Below are positions 1 to 9,262 of a stretch of DNA of 64,000 bases, in pieces (within the stretch, counting starts at the first letter, position 1; the number at the start of each line of letters is the position of its first letter). Location of the stretch: contig JAUXSN010000047.1 of NCBI GenBank assembly GCA_030679895.1, forward strand, positions 65,328-129,327, written 5' to 3'. The translations under genes and the position numbers were made by a program. Under the pieces are notes generated by a model. It saw only the letters and a program-made list of their open reading frames with translations, made no database searches and had not been told where the DNA came from. This DNA is from Candidatus Moraniibacteriota bacterium (GTDB lineage Bacteria; Patescibacteriota; Minisyncoccia; Moranbacterales; UBA11712).

Positions 1-145
1 TTCGCAAAAGTTTGTCCAAATTGACAAGCAAAAAGCGCGAAAGAGAGTTCTCGTCTTCCCACTCAATACTATCTTTCTCCTTTTTCCCTTCAAAAAGAGA
101 AAGTTTGATGCTATTGTCTTCGTTTATTGTGAGAATTATTTTCAT
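1..145 (-). CDS. hypothetical protein, N-terminal part; gene runs off the window start
   Basis: Minus-strand ATG at 145..143, open to position 1. Translation reads MKIILTINEDNSIKLSLFEGKKEKDSIEWEDENSLSRFLLVNLDKLL. No homology recognised. Confidence 0.3.
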   Translation of the reverse strand, partial: MKIILTINEDNSIKLSLFEGKKEKDSIEWEDENSLSRFLLVNLDKLLR

Positions 146-186
146 CAGTCTTATTTTAACACAAATAGGAAATTTTCGAACTGCTA

Positions 187-330
187 TTTCAACTGCTTCT
201 GATTGTATTCCCTCAACTTCTCTCTGACTATTTTTTCCATTTCCAAATGTGAAACAGATCCGACATTTTTCAAAATTTCCTTTTCATTCAAAACCAAAAA
301 TCCATCCAGTTTTTCAATCCAATCTTTCAT
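187..330 (-). pseudogene. C-terminal segment of the RhuM-family gene, separated from the upstream ORF by a single in-frame TAG (331-333)
   Basis: Translated by hand: MKDWIEKLDGFLVLNEKEILKNVGSVSHLEMEKIVREKLREYNQKQLK. It follows the RhuM ORF in the same frame. Combined length is about 311 aa, typical of RhuM proteins. Confidence 0.5.
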
Positions 331-1119
331 CTACATCACCCGTTGTTCCACGCTTTGCAATTCAGCGAAAGACAAAAACTGCTCTACTAATAAATTCAAC
401 CTCTCGAGTTCCAGCTCCGCCAAATAGTTTTTCGCGATTTGCGCCTGCTCGCGCGTGATAATTTTTCCCTTCCAATTCGTAAGCCCCAAACTTTCTTTTT
501 TGCTGTCGATTCTTTTGACGATTATTTCCGCCGCCGTGAGTCCGGTGATGGCAAAATGGAATTTGTTTTGAACCGTGGCGAAAAATTTCTGGGCATAGTC
601 GGTTTTTGGGTTGTAGTCGACGCTGGTCGCGAAAACATCCCTCACTTTTTGATAGAAATTAGCTTCGGAAGTTCTGATTCTTCTGATCCGCTCTTCCCAC
701 TCTTCAAAATAGGTTTTCTTCACTCGGCCTTCGGACAGTCTTTCATCATCCATCGCAAAGCCTTTGACAATATATTCTTTCAATTTTTGCGTCGCCCAAA
801 TGCGAAATTGCGTGCCTCGCAAAGAATTAATTCTATATCCTACGGAAATTATGGCATCCAAGTTATAGTGCTTAACCTTGTAATTTTTGCCATCAGCCGC
901 AGTTACCGAGTATTCCTCGGTAACTGAATTTTCGTTTAATTCAGCTTCATTAAAGACATTCTTCAAATGCAGACTTATATTGTCCGTAGTGCAATCAAAA
1001 AGCTCGGCCATTTGCTTTTGCGAAAGCCAGACTGTTTCCTGATTCAATTTCACTTCAATCTTGGTTTCTCCGTCTTCCGTGTTATAGAGAATTATTTTAT
1101 TGTTTTGCTCTTTTTCCAT
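331..1119 (-). CDS. RhuM-family virulence/DNA-binding protein; N-terminal 262 aa before an in-frame amber codon
   Basis: Motifs YNLDAIISVGYRINSLRGTQFRIWATQ and the overall sequence are characteristic of the RhuM family (Pfam Virulence_RhuM). Confidence 0.8.
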   Translation of the reverse strand: MEKEQNNKIILYNTEDGETKIEVKLNQETVWLSQKQMAELFDCTTDNISLHLKNVFNEAELNENSVTEEYSVTAADGKNYKVKHYNLDAIISVGYRINSLRGTQFRIWATQKLKEYIVKGFAMDDERLSEGRVKKTYFEEWEERIRRIRTSEANFYQKVRDVFATSVDYNPKTDYAQKFFATVQNKFHFAITGLTAAEIIVKRIDSKKESLGLTNWKGKIITREQAQIAKNYLAELELERLNLLVEQFLSFAELQSVEQRVM

Positions 1120-1189
1120 CGTTTTGTTTTTCTTTTGTCGTTAATAAAAAATAGCACGTCCGAATGGCATACTATCACTATATCACTAT

Positions 1190-1230
1190 CTTGACTCCTG
1201 TCAAGCATTTTCCTAACATTAAATGTTAGG
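1190..1230. repeat. intergenic palindromes: cttgacTCCTgtcaag plus cctaacattAAatgttagg
   Basis: Two perfect short inverted repeats lie directly downstream of the metallophosphoesterase stop. Same family as 1962-2047, 2526-2544, 11895-11911 and 12968-12984. Confidence 0.7.
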
Positions 1231-1251
1231 AACGGTTAGAGAAGATGGAGA

Positions 1252-1938
1252 CTAAAGTTCAAGAAAATAAAAATTAGGATGCCTTCCATCTGAAAAAGCA
1301 TTTGCGATTCGATAAGTGATTCCGTTTTCATCAATCTGATGTTCCTTGTGTTGGTGTCCAGAGATCATCATTTTAACATTCTGATGAAACTCAATAGTTC
1401 TTTTGAAATCATTATAAATAGGGAAAAGACCATATCCGTTTCGATGATCGAATATCGGTTGGTGAGAGGCGATCAGAACATCCTTATTTGTGTTCAGAAC
1501 GTAATTCAACCATCGCAGTTGAGCAGGACAGATTCCACCGGATGATTTTTCCGGACCGCAGTAATTCGTATCAAGGACAACAACTCTCGTATTTCCGACA
1601 TCCTTTGTGAAATAATTCATTTTCATCCCGTCGTGATTCCCATTGACCGCAATGACTTTTATTCTTTTTTTCTTGAAAATATTGAGAACTTTCCTCCTGT
1701 ATGATTTTTTGCTCTCGATAATATCTCCAGTAATAATAACATTTTTAATTCCTTTTACTCTGAATATCCTGATTGTTTTTTTCAGAAGAGACTGATACAT
1801 ATTCGGATAAACAATCCTGCTATCCATATTCACTTTGTCCTTTTCCTTCCCTGCATGAATATCAGAAATCCAACCGACAGTTTCGGCTCTCACTGGGAAA
1901 GCAAGCAGAAAAATGATGATAAATAAGATTTTGTTCAT
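1252..1938 (-). CDS. secreted calcineurin-like metallophosphoesterase
   Basis: N-terminal signal peptide (MNKILFIIIFLLAFPVRA). GDIIESKK and GNHD motifs match the metallophosphatase fold. Confidence 0.75.
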   Translation of the reverse strand: MNKILFIIIFLLAFPVRAETVGWISDIHAGKEKDKVNMDSRIVYPNMYQSLLKKTIRIFRVKGIKNVIITGDIIESKKSYRRKVLNIFKKKRIKVIAVNGNHDGMKMNYFTKDVGNTRVVVLDTNYCGPEKSSGGICPAQLRWLNYVLNTNKDVLIASHQPIFDHRNGYGLFPIYNDFKRTIEFHQNVKMMISGHQHKEHQIDENGITYRIANAFSDGRHPNFYFLEL

Positions 1939-1961
1939 TTGTATACAAATAAGAGGTTTTT

Positions 1962-2047
1962 CCTAAAGTTTAACTTTAGGAATGGTTACTATCTTGACCT
2001 CTGTCAAGCATTTTTCCGCCAATATACCCCAACATTCAATGTTGGGG
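1962..2047. repeat. cluster of three intergenic palindromes (cctaaagttTAAactttagg; cttgacCTCTgtcaag; ccccaacattCAatgttgggg)
   Basis: Perfect inverted repeats read directly from the sequence. Same motifs as at 1190-1230, 2526-2544 and 14604-14622. Confidence 0.75.
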
Positions 2048-2057
2048 TGGGTTATTT

Positions 2058-2501
2058 TTAATTTGTTGGATTAAATGTAATGATAGATGACCGATTTATT
2101 TTGTATTTTTTGAATAATTTATCTTCTAAAAAACTACTTATCTTATATGCTTTATGTATCTTTTCCATTAGATCGTCGCGTAATTTATCTATGTCCTTTT
2201 GAGTAAGACCATCCTTCTTAAAGATATCGTGGGCGAGCTTATTTCTAATATCTCTTATTTCGTTAAACACACAGAACTCTGAAGAGTATATTTTTTTGGA
2301 ACACAGCAAACGCTTATTTGCTAAATCAAATGAACGCTCCTTACTTTCATTCACTAACACGCCTTCAATAATTGATGAATGAATAAAAACATCGCGATAT
2401 TGCTTTCTTAGATATTTATCGAACTGTTGAACTACCCAGTCATGATGACTTAGATTTTTAGACATTTCTTTTTTTATATTCTTTATAAACAAAATAACCA
2501 A
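2058..2501 (-). CDS. hypothetical protein with HEPN-like Rx4H motif (RNKLAHD)
   Basis: RNKLAHDIF fits the R-N-x-x-x-H-x-Y/I motif of HEPN/DUF86 (HepT-like) RNase domains. The likely start is the internal MSKNLS. Confidence 0.45.
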   Translation of the reverse strand: MVILFIKNIKKEMSKNLSHHDWVVQQFDKYLRKQYRDVFIHSSIIEGVLVNESKERSFDLANKRLLCSKKIYSSEFCVFNEIRDIRNKLAHDIFKKDGLTQKDIDKLRDDLMEKIHKAYKISSFLEDKLFKKYKINRSSIITFNPTN

Positions 2502-2522
2502 AAAATACTACTATTCCTAAAG

Positions 2523-2735
2523 TTAAACTTTAGGAAATTTTACATCTGGAATATATCCTTGCTCTGAACAGTAGCTAATAGAATATTTATTTGCTTCTTC
2601 TTGACTGTCGAATTGCTTGTCTAGTGAATTTTTTTGAATTTCAGTTTCAGAACCATTATGTGTGATTTTCTTATAACTGGAAATCCATTTACCATTAGTC
2701 AGTTGATAGGAGTTTGGCTCAAAGAATGTTTGCAT
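2523..2735 (-). CDS. small hypothetical protein (70 aa) immediately upstream of the HEPN-like gene
   Basis: ORF only. Its 3-prime end overlaps the palindrome cctaaagttAAactttagg (2526-2544). Confidence 0.3.
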   Translation of the reverse strand: MQTFFEPNSYQLTNGKWISSYKKITHNGSETEIQKNSLDKQFDSQEEANKYSISYCSEQGYIPDVKFPKV

Positions 2736-2829
2736 GTCGAATAAATTAAAAATAATTCAGCTTACGAATCGAATATTTTTTGTTGAGCTATCCGCAGAGC
2801 GTCGAAAAGTGGAAAGTAATTAAAGATTT

Positions 2830-3102
2830 TTATCCTTTCCTTCTTATATGATCAGAGATTTTACCCAATAATTCCGCAATAAAACCCAAAATTGCGCCTA
2901 CTATTGCGCCTTTTCCGATGAGAAACCAATCAAATTTATTTCCTTTAAACAGATAGAAGATAGCAACTATAATTCCAATGATTATGCCAGCCGTTAAACC
3001 GCCCCAAACCGCATTTCGTTTTCGCCAAAAGACTATCAACAAAACAACTGCTACTACTCCAAAAATTATCCAAATGTTAACATTTGACATATTTTTTTGC
3101 AA
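2830..3102 (-). CDS. small integral membrane protein (about 3 TM segments)
   Basis: Hydrophobic stretches IWIIFGVVAVVLLIVF, GLTAGIIIGIIVAIFYLF and GAIVGAILGFIAELL. Confidence 0.5.
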   Translation of the reverse strand: MQKNMSNVNIWIIFGVVAVVLLIVFWRKRNAVWGGLTAGIIIGIIVAIFYLFKGNKFDWFLIGKGAIVGAILGFIAELLGKISDHIRRKG

Positions 3103-3107
3103 AATTT

Positions 3108-3404
3108 TTATAGTTCATTCCCAATCCTTTTTTGACTGTCTTCGTATTTGCCAACTTTCCCATAAAACTTGACTGTTTTGCCGATACTAGGAACATGGAG
3201 TAAAAATGGACCATCAAGTTCATCTTTACCTTTATCAAGAATAGAAACTCCGTCATCAATTATCCAAGCGTCATCTTTTAATAATTGCTCATAAACAAAA
3301 TTGGGATTTTTCGCGGCTTTGCGCCAAAATGACAAATTCCCATGTTTTATGTAAATAAAATAGAAGATTACAGCTAAAATAATTATCCAAATGATTATGC
3401 TCAT
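3108..3404 (-). CDS. N-terminally membrane-anchored hypothetical protein
   Basis: TM helix MSIIIWIIILAVIFYFIYI followed by a soluble domain. Confidence 0.45.
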   Translation of the reverse strand: MSIIIWIIILAVIFYFIYIKHGNLSFWRKAAKNPNFVYEQLLKDDAWIIDDGVSILDKGKDELDGPFLLHVPSIGKTVKFYGKVGKYEDSQKRIGNEL

Positions 3405-3420
3405 ATTTTTTATTATTACT

Positions 3421-3639
3421 TTATGAAATATTCAACACTCTTTTTATAAATCTTCGCAAACTTCTTAACTTCCAAAATATCAAGTCTATATTCTCCTGAT
3501 TCAACTCTTGAAATATAAGATTGGGGGGGCGCTTAACTTTTTTAGCGACTTCGATTTGCCGAAGTCCGGCTTCCAACCTTGCTTTTCGCAATTTTTCGAT
3601 AAACTTGGCGTATTCCTTTGTTTCTATCGCCTTGCCCAT
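3421..3639 (-). CDS. XRE-family helix-turn-helix transcriptional regulator (short)
   Basis: FIEKLRKARLEAGLRQIEVAKKV is a typical HTH_3 (Cro/C1) motif. Confidence 0.55.
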   Translation of the reverse strand: MGKAIETKEYAKFIEKLRKARLEAGLRQIEVAKKVKRPPNLIFQELNQENIDLIFWKLRSLRRFIKRVLNIS

Positions 3640-3734
3640 ATACTATCAAGAATATATACGAAAAGCAAAAATACTGCTTTAAAAAGCAGTATTTTCGTTT
3701 TGGGCGGTTTGTTCCACCCGCAGAAGTTCAACCT

Positions 3735-5873
3735 CTACGATTTCAGAAACATCCTCGCCACTCTCAACTCTTCGTATGAAAATTCATCACCGAGGATTTC
3801 GCGGACGGGCGACAGGGCTGATCCGCCGGATTTTTGGAAGGCGCGCGCTATTTTTTCCATTTTCTTGGCCGGTGGACGCAAATAGTTGATATTGATTTCT
3901 TCTCCGGCACTGGTCAGCTTTTCGATATGCGATGTTATTGTCCCGGGAGTCATGCCTCTCGCTTTCGCCATTTTTTCAATGGACATTTTTTGCTGAACGA
4001 GTTTTTTGGTTTCCTCGTAGGTTGATCCCGCGCGGATCGCTCGGCGCGCCGTGGCTGGTTTTCCCGCCGGAATATTTTTTTCTTCGAGATTATTTTCCTT
4101 GGCATAGGTTCGGATGACCTCCGTGAATATTTTTCCGTATTGCTTCAGTTTTTCCTCGCCTACTCCGCTTATTTTGGAAAAGCTTTCTTCGCTTTGAGGC
4201 AAATACGATGCCATTTGAGTGAGAGCCAAATCGCCGAAGACGACAAAGGGCGGCACTCCTTTTTCGTCCGCTATCTTTTTGCGCAAAAGCCGCAACTGAT
4301 CAAACAATTCTCGATCATAGTCAACTTCAAACGCAGTTCTTTTTCGAATCGCTTCGGCGCCGGATTCGGGCTTAGACAAAAGGATATTTTCCCTATTTTT
4401 GAGAAATTCCTTTCCTCGTTCGCCCAGTCCGAGAACCGGATACTCATCTCCCATTTTTGCGATCAATTTTTTGGAAACCAATTGGCCGATGATATTTCTC
4501 AATTCAACTTTCGAAAAATCGTCCGCAATACCGAATACCGACAATTTTTGATGGCCGCGTTCCGATATTTTTTTATTCTTCGCTCCCGTGAGCACATCGA
4601 TGATATAGCTTGCGCCAAACCGTTCCCCCGTGCGGACAATCGCCGAAATAATTTTTTGGCTGATTACGGTCGCGTCGAATTCAACTTTTGGCGAAAGGCA
4701 AACATCGCACCCGCCGCATTTTTCCGATTCGTACTCCTCGCCGAAATAGGAAAGCAAATGACGGCGGCGGCACGCTGACAACTCGCAGTATTCAACCATC
4801 TGATTGAGTTTCTTGTATGCGTTGTCCCGTTCGCGCTCCTCCTCGATCTGCCGGATAAAAAATTGCTGCTTGATCGTATCCCCGAAAGAATAGAAAAGAA
4901 CGCACCGGCTTGGAAGTCCGTCGCGTCCGGCCCGTCCCGTTTCTTGATAGTATCCTTCAATTGATTTTGGCAAATTATAGTGGACGACCAAGCGCACATC
5001 CGGCTTGTCGATTCCCATCCCGAAAGCGATCGTCGCCACGATGATTCGCGCTTCATCGCGAATGAATTTTTCTTGATTCTTTTTCCGTTTCCCGCTTTCA
5101 AGACCGGCATGATACGCCAAAGCGGAAAAGCCTTCCTCGCGAAGATCCGCCGCCAAATTTTCCGTGTTCTTTCGGGAAAAACAATAGATGATCACTGATT
5201 CGTTTTTGTGCGCTTGTAATATTCCAATCAGCTGGTCATAGGAATCTTTTTTGGGAAGCACCGCGTAGGAAAGATTCGGACGATTGAAACTGGAAATGAA
5301 AACCTTCGCTTGCCCAAGTGACAGTTGGCGAATTATATCCTCCCGCACTTTTTCCGTGGCGGTGGCCGTGAGCGCCATCACCGGAACACCCGGAAAAATA
5401 TTTCGGAGTATTTTCAGATTTCTATAATCGGGACGGAAATCGTGGCCCCACTCGCTGATACAATGCGCTTCGTCAATGGCGATCAAGCTTATTTTCAACT
5501 CCGACAAAAAATTTTGAAAGCCGGGGTTCGCCAATCTTTCCGGGGCGGCGTAAAGAATTTTCAGCTCTCCCGTTCTCGCTTCCGTTTGTGTCCGGTCGAT
5601 CTCCGCGGGACTCAAAGTGCTGTTAATAAACGCGGCCGGAATACCATTGGCTTTGAGAGCATCAACCTGGTCTTTCATGAGAGCGATAAGCGGCGACACG
5701 ACCAGCGTCATTCCCGGCATCTTTAGCGCGGGAAGTTGATAGCAAAGCGACTTTCCCCCGCCGGTCGGCATAAGAACAAACGCGTCTTTTCCAAGAAGTG
5801 CCTGGCTGATAATTTCCTCCTGCAAAGGACGAAAACGATCAAAACCGAAACGATTTTTGAGAAGATTTAGCAT
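3735..5873 (-). CDS. recQ: ATP-dependent DNA helicase RecQ
   Basis: DEAH-box helicase motifs (LVVSPLIALMKDQ, DEAHCISEWGHDFR), zinc-binding RQC cysteines, a C-terminal HRDC-like region. Length 712 aa. Confidence 0.9.
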   Translation of the reverse strand: MLNLLKNRFGFDRFRPLQEEIISQALLGKDAFVLMPTGGGKSLCYQLPALKMPGMTLVVSPLIALMKDQVDALKANGIPAAFINSTLSPAEIDRTQTEARTGELKILYAAPERLANPGFQNFLSELKISLIAIDEAHCISEWGHDFRPDYRNLKILRNIFPGVPVMALTATATEKVREDIIRQLSLGQAKVFISSFNRPNLSYAVLPKKDSYDQLIGILQAHKNESVIIYCFSRKNTENLAADLREEGFSALAYHAGLESGKRKKNQEKFIRDEARIIVATIAFGMGIDKPDVRLVVHYNLPKSIEGYYQETGRAGRDGLPSRCVLFYSFGDTIKQQFFIRQIEEERERDNAYKKLNQMVEYCELSACRRRHLLSYFGEEYESEKCGGCDVCLSPKVEFDATVISQKIISAIVRTGERFGASYIIDVLTGAKNKKISERGHQKLSVFGIADDFSKVELRNIIGQLVSKKLIAKMGDEYPVLGLGERGKEFLKNRENILLSKPESGAEAIRKRTAFEVDYDRELFDQLRLLRKKIADEKGVPPFVVFGDLALTQMASYLPQSEESFSKISGVGEEKLKQYGKIFTEVIRTYAKENNLEEKNIPAGKPATARRAIRAGSTYEETKKLVQQKMSIEKMAKARGMTPGTITSHIEKLTSAGEEININYLRPPAKKMEKIARAFQKSGGSALSPVREILGDEFSYEELRVARMFLKS

Positions 5874-5886
5874 AAAAAATCAATTT

Positions 5887-5907
5887 CGCTAAGGTTCAAC
5901 CTTAGCG
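5887..5907. repeat. intergenic palindrome cgctaaggttCaaccttagcg
   Basis: Perfect 10-bp arms between the recQ start and the MFS stop. Related to aaggttcaacctt at 12193-12205. Confidence 0.7.
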
Positions 5908-5999
5908 AAGCGCTATATAATTATTTTCCGCAATTCCATTATACCATCCGCCGCCAGAAACAAAAATGGCTTTTCGCAAGCACCAAAATAATCCGAAAC

Positions 6000-7505
6000 C
6001 TACTCAATCACAATATTTTCTTCCAGCTTATTTTCTTTGTGCACCTTGATACCCAGCGCCGCTACCGCCCCCACAAGAAGAAAAATGGAAGCCACCGCGA
6101 AGACTGTTCCGTAGGCCGCGACTTGGGCTTTGAGGATGACGAGCCCCGCAAACTGTTTCATCACAAAAGGATTTTTGATGTTCACGAAGCTGTTCCGGGC
6201 GACGCTCAAAACATTCGAGTTTGTGGCATTGTTGAGAATAGTCGCGAAGATCGCGATCCCGAAAGCCCCGGCAATATTTCTGACCAAAGCCAAAACCGAG
6301 GAAGCGATGCCTATCTCCGCAGTGGGAACGATTGAAGCGATGATGTTCGTGCGCTGCGCCATTCCAAAACCGATCCCGAAAGCCATGATCGAAAGCGGGA
6401 TAATGATGCTCAAGGGACCGGAACGCGCATCTAAAAAAGAAAAAAGAAAAAGTCCGACCGCGGCGACAAACGTGCTGGCCGCGATGACGTATCGAGGCTG
6501 AATTTTTCCCGTCAGGCTTCCTCCGAGAGGCGCGGCTAAGACTATCATAAAGGCCATGGGCATGAATAAAAAGCCGGTCTGCGTAGCGTCATATCCCAAA
6601 AACATTTGGGCAAAAATGGGAATGAGGAAAACTCCTCCTATCATCCCCATAAATACGATGAAATTGTTGGCTAGCGTGTTCACAAAGGCTCCGATTTTGA
6701 AAAACTTCAAATCAACAATGGGCTCGCTATGATTTTTTTCAATCTGAATAAATATATATCCGAAAATGAGAATGGCCGCGTAAGAAAAAAAGCTATTGAG
6801 AGAAAACCATCCCCATTCCAAGCCTTTGTCGAGAACCAGAACCAGCGCCGAGAGAGCTAAACCCAAAGTGATCGCCCCCCACCAGTCAAATTTCGCTGTC
6901 TTTTTTTCAGAAACGGATTCCTGGATAAAGGCCAAAGCCATAAAAAGGCCGATTATGCCTACTGGCAAATTGACCAAAAAAACGCTGCGCCAGCCAAAAT
7001 TATCAATGAGCGGTCCGCCGATAAGCGGCCCGAAAACGGCCGCCGCCGCGAAAGACGCCGACCAGATACCAAGGGCCTGGGCTCTTTCTTTTCCTTCCCG
7101 GAACGTGACGGCCACAATCGCCATAGCGGTCGGATAATCCGCCGACACCGCGACCGCCTGAACAACCCTAAAGACTATCATCGAGCTGAAATTCCAAGAT
7201 AGGCCCGCCAGGACCGAACCAAAAATAAATATGGAAAAACCTAAGATGTAGATTTTCTTTCTACCGATCGTGTCGCCCAGTTTCCCCCAGATAGGGACAA
7301 AGATAGCATTAGCCAGGATATAGGCGGTGGCAATCCATCCGGCGGATGAAACCGTGATATTGAATTCGCCGATTATTTTCGGCAGAGCCAGATTAACGAT
7401 CGTCTGGTCCAGCCTCCCGAGAAACGTGCCCACGATGACCGTCAGCATGATTAACCAGCGGAAATTGTCAGGATTATCTTTTGCCCTTTTCAGTTTCTTT
7501 AGCAT
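6000..7505 (-). CDS. MFS transporter, DHA2 (EmrB/QacA) family, 14 TM segments
   Basis: 501 aa and highly hydrophobic. DHA2 signature G(x)LaDxxGRKxxyllg. Last gene of a MarR-adaptor-adaptor-MFS operon. Confidence 0.85.
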   Translation of the reverse strand: MLKKLKRAKDNPDNFRWLIMLTVIVGTFLGRLDQTIVNLALPKIIGEFNITVSSAGWIATAYILANAIFVPIWGKLGDTIGRKKIYILGFSIFIFGSVLAGLSWNFSSMIVFRVVQAVAVSADYPTAMAIVAVTFREGKERAQALGIWSASFAAAAVFGPLIGGPLIDNFGWRSVFLVNLPVGIIGLFMALAFIQESVSEKKTAKFDWWGAITLGLALSALVLVLDKGLEWGWFSLNSFFSYAAILIFGYIFIQIEKNHSEPIVDLKFFKIGAFVNTLANNFIVFMGMIGGVFLIPIFAQMFLGYDATQTGFLFMPMAFMIVLAAPLGGSLTGKIQPRYVIAASTFVAAVGLFLFSFLDARSGPLSIIIPLSIMAFGIGFGMAQRTNIIASIVPTAEIGIASSVLALVRNIAGAFGIAIFATILNNATNSNVLSVARNSFVNIKNPFVMKQFAGLVILKAQVAAYGTVFAVASIFLLVGAVAALGIKVHKENKLEENIVIE

Positions 7506-7510
7506 ATTGG

Positions 7511-8161
7511 CTAGTCCTTATAGATCCAAGCTTTGGCCGACATGCCATTTTTAAGTTCCGGATAATCAGAAGCGCTGAAGCGGATTTTTACGTTGAATTC
7601 CTGCTGCTCGCGGGCGCTGGAAATATTAAATACTATGTCGGAGCTTCTGGCCGTGGGGCTGATTTCGTCAACGACCCCCGAATATTCTTTGGATCCAGAG
7701 GCGTCCACCGCGAAAACGGCTTTTTGCCCGACCTGGATATCGCTCAATCCTTTGTTCTCTTCCACCTTCGCGACAACCCGAAGATCTCCGGGATTTATCA
7801 TACTCACAACCGCTTCTCCGGGCGAAAAATTTTTTCCGATATTATTTTTGACGGAAATGACAATCCCTTTGTTTTTTGTTTTCACGATATCATTTCCGAT
7901 TTGGGCGACGGGCTCGTTTGCCTCGACATTGTCGCCGGATTTGACGAACAGCTTTTGCAAAGTTCCCCCGATGCGCGAAGACAGATCCGTTGCCGGAGCA
8001 ACGAGCGATGATTTTTCGACATATATTCTGCTCTTCGATAAGGAAAGATAGCAGAGCGCCACCGCCCCGGCGACCAAAAAAGCCAAAAGGGCGAGGAGCA
8101 TCAATCTATTCCTGCCGGAACTATTTTTGACCGCCAGTTTTTCGTTATTGTTGTTTTCCAT
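7511..8161 (-). CDS. HlyD-family periplasmic adaptor, short form
   Basis: N-terminal TM anchor and a biotin-lipoyl-like beta domain. Adjacent to the MFS pump and a second adaptor. Confidence 0.6.
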   Translation of the reverse strand: MENNNNEKLAVKNSSGRNRLMLLALLAFLVAGAVALCYLSLSKSRIYVEKSSLVAPATDLSSRIGGTLQKLFVKSGDNVEANEPVAQIGNDIVKTKNKGIVISVKNNIGKNFSPGEAVVSMINPGDLRVVAKVEENKGLSDIQVGQKAVFAVDASGSKEYSGVVDEISPTARSSDIVFNISSAREQQEFNVKIRFSASDYPELKNGMSAKAWIYKD

Positions 8162-8179
8162 ATTTAATTTAATAAAGGC

Positions 8180-9250
8180 TTATTTATTCAGTTCAAAAAT
8201 ATTGTCCCCGACTGAAAGACCCGACACTACTTCGACTGTGTAGTCAGCTCCATATATGCCGGTTTGGATTTCTTTCTTTTCTCTTAAGCCGTTTTTTGAT
8301 ATATACACGAACTTCTTTCCTCCCTCCTCGAAAATGGCATCCCGAGGGATAAGCAGAACATCATTTTTCTTCTCGGCCGCGACAGACACGCTGGCGCCAA
8401 CTCCCGAACGCAGATCAGAAACATTTTCCCGAAAATTGAGCGTTACTTTATAATTCGAAACATTGTTGATCAGCTCTTCTGTCGGGTCTATGGAATTTAT
8501 TTCAGCGTCAAAAACGCGCCCCGATCCGTCATCCAAAGAAATTTGAGCGGAGTCGCCGCTATGTATATTCCGAACATCAATTTCAGAGGCAAAAGCTTCA
8601 ACCTTGAACGAATCCCGGCTGGAAAGAGTGATTATGGGAGCATTGGACTGCGCCACTTCCCCTTCAATGACATCTTGCTTTGACACAACACCGTCAAAAG
8701 GAGCAGTGATAATGGTTTTGTCTATTTGCGCCCTGGCATTTTCAACATTGGAAAAAGCGGCCGCGACTTTTTCTTCCTGGGAAACAACTTGCGCTTCACT
8801 AGCCTCGATCTGCTTCCTTTGCGCTTTTTTGTCATCCGAATTGGCCGTAGCGCTTTTCTTCAAAGAATCGAGCTCGGCTTTTTCTTTCTTATAAAGTTCC
8901 TGATATTGGTCAAGATCGGCCTGAGAACTTTTCGCGAGATCCACGGATTGGTTGTATTGCGCCTTGAGATCAGCTGCGTTCGCGTAGGCCAAAACCGTTC
9001 CGGATTTCACGAAATCTCCGGCTTTCTGGGTGAGCTTCGTGATCTTTCCGCCTCTTTCAAATCCCAATTCGGCGTCGTTTTGAGGCGCGATTTTTCCGTC
9101 CAGATCGAGCAAGTGCTCGATATTCCCCCTTTCGACCTGAAAAGTCGAATAATCGGGACGCTTGGACATGTTCTGATAAAGAAAATTGGCCACAATTCCC
9201 CCGATCACTAAAACGGCAATCAGGCTTGCGCTAAAAATATTCCTATTCAT
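8180..9250 (-). CDS. HlyD/EmrA-type efflux periplasmic adaptor subunit
   Basis: TM anchor, long coiled-coil (DLAKSSQADLDQYQELYKKEKAELDSLKK...), and C-terminal beta-barrel domains. Confidence 0.8.
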   Translation of the reverse strand: MNRNIFSASLIAVLVIGGIVANFLYQNMSKRPDYSTFQVERGNIEHLLDLDGKIAPQNDAELGFERGGKITKLTQKAGDFVKSGTVLAYANAADLKAQYNQSVDLAKSSQADLDQYQELYKKEKAELDSLKKSATANSDDKKAQRKQIEASEAQVVSQEEKVAAAFSNVENARAQIDKTIITAPFDGVVSKQDVIEGEVAQSNAPIITLSSRDSFKVEAFASEIDVRNIHSGDSAQISLDDGSGRVFDAEINSIDPTEELINNVSNYKVTLNFRENVSDLRSGVGASVSVAAEKKNDVLLIPRDAIFEEGGKKFVYISKNGLREKKEIQTGIYGADYTVEVVSGLSVGDNIFELNK

Positions 9251-9262
9251 TCCGGTTATGCG

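Noticed and set aside
6039-6501. Two plus-strand ORFs (98 and 123 aa) inside the MFS transporter gene
   Set aside because: They are antisense to a well-supported membrane transporter CDS and show no homology.
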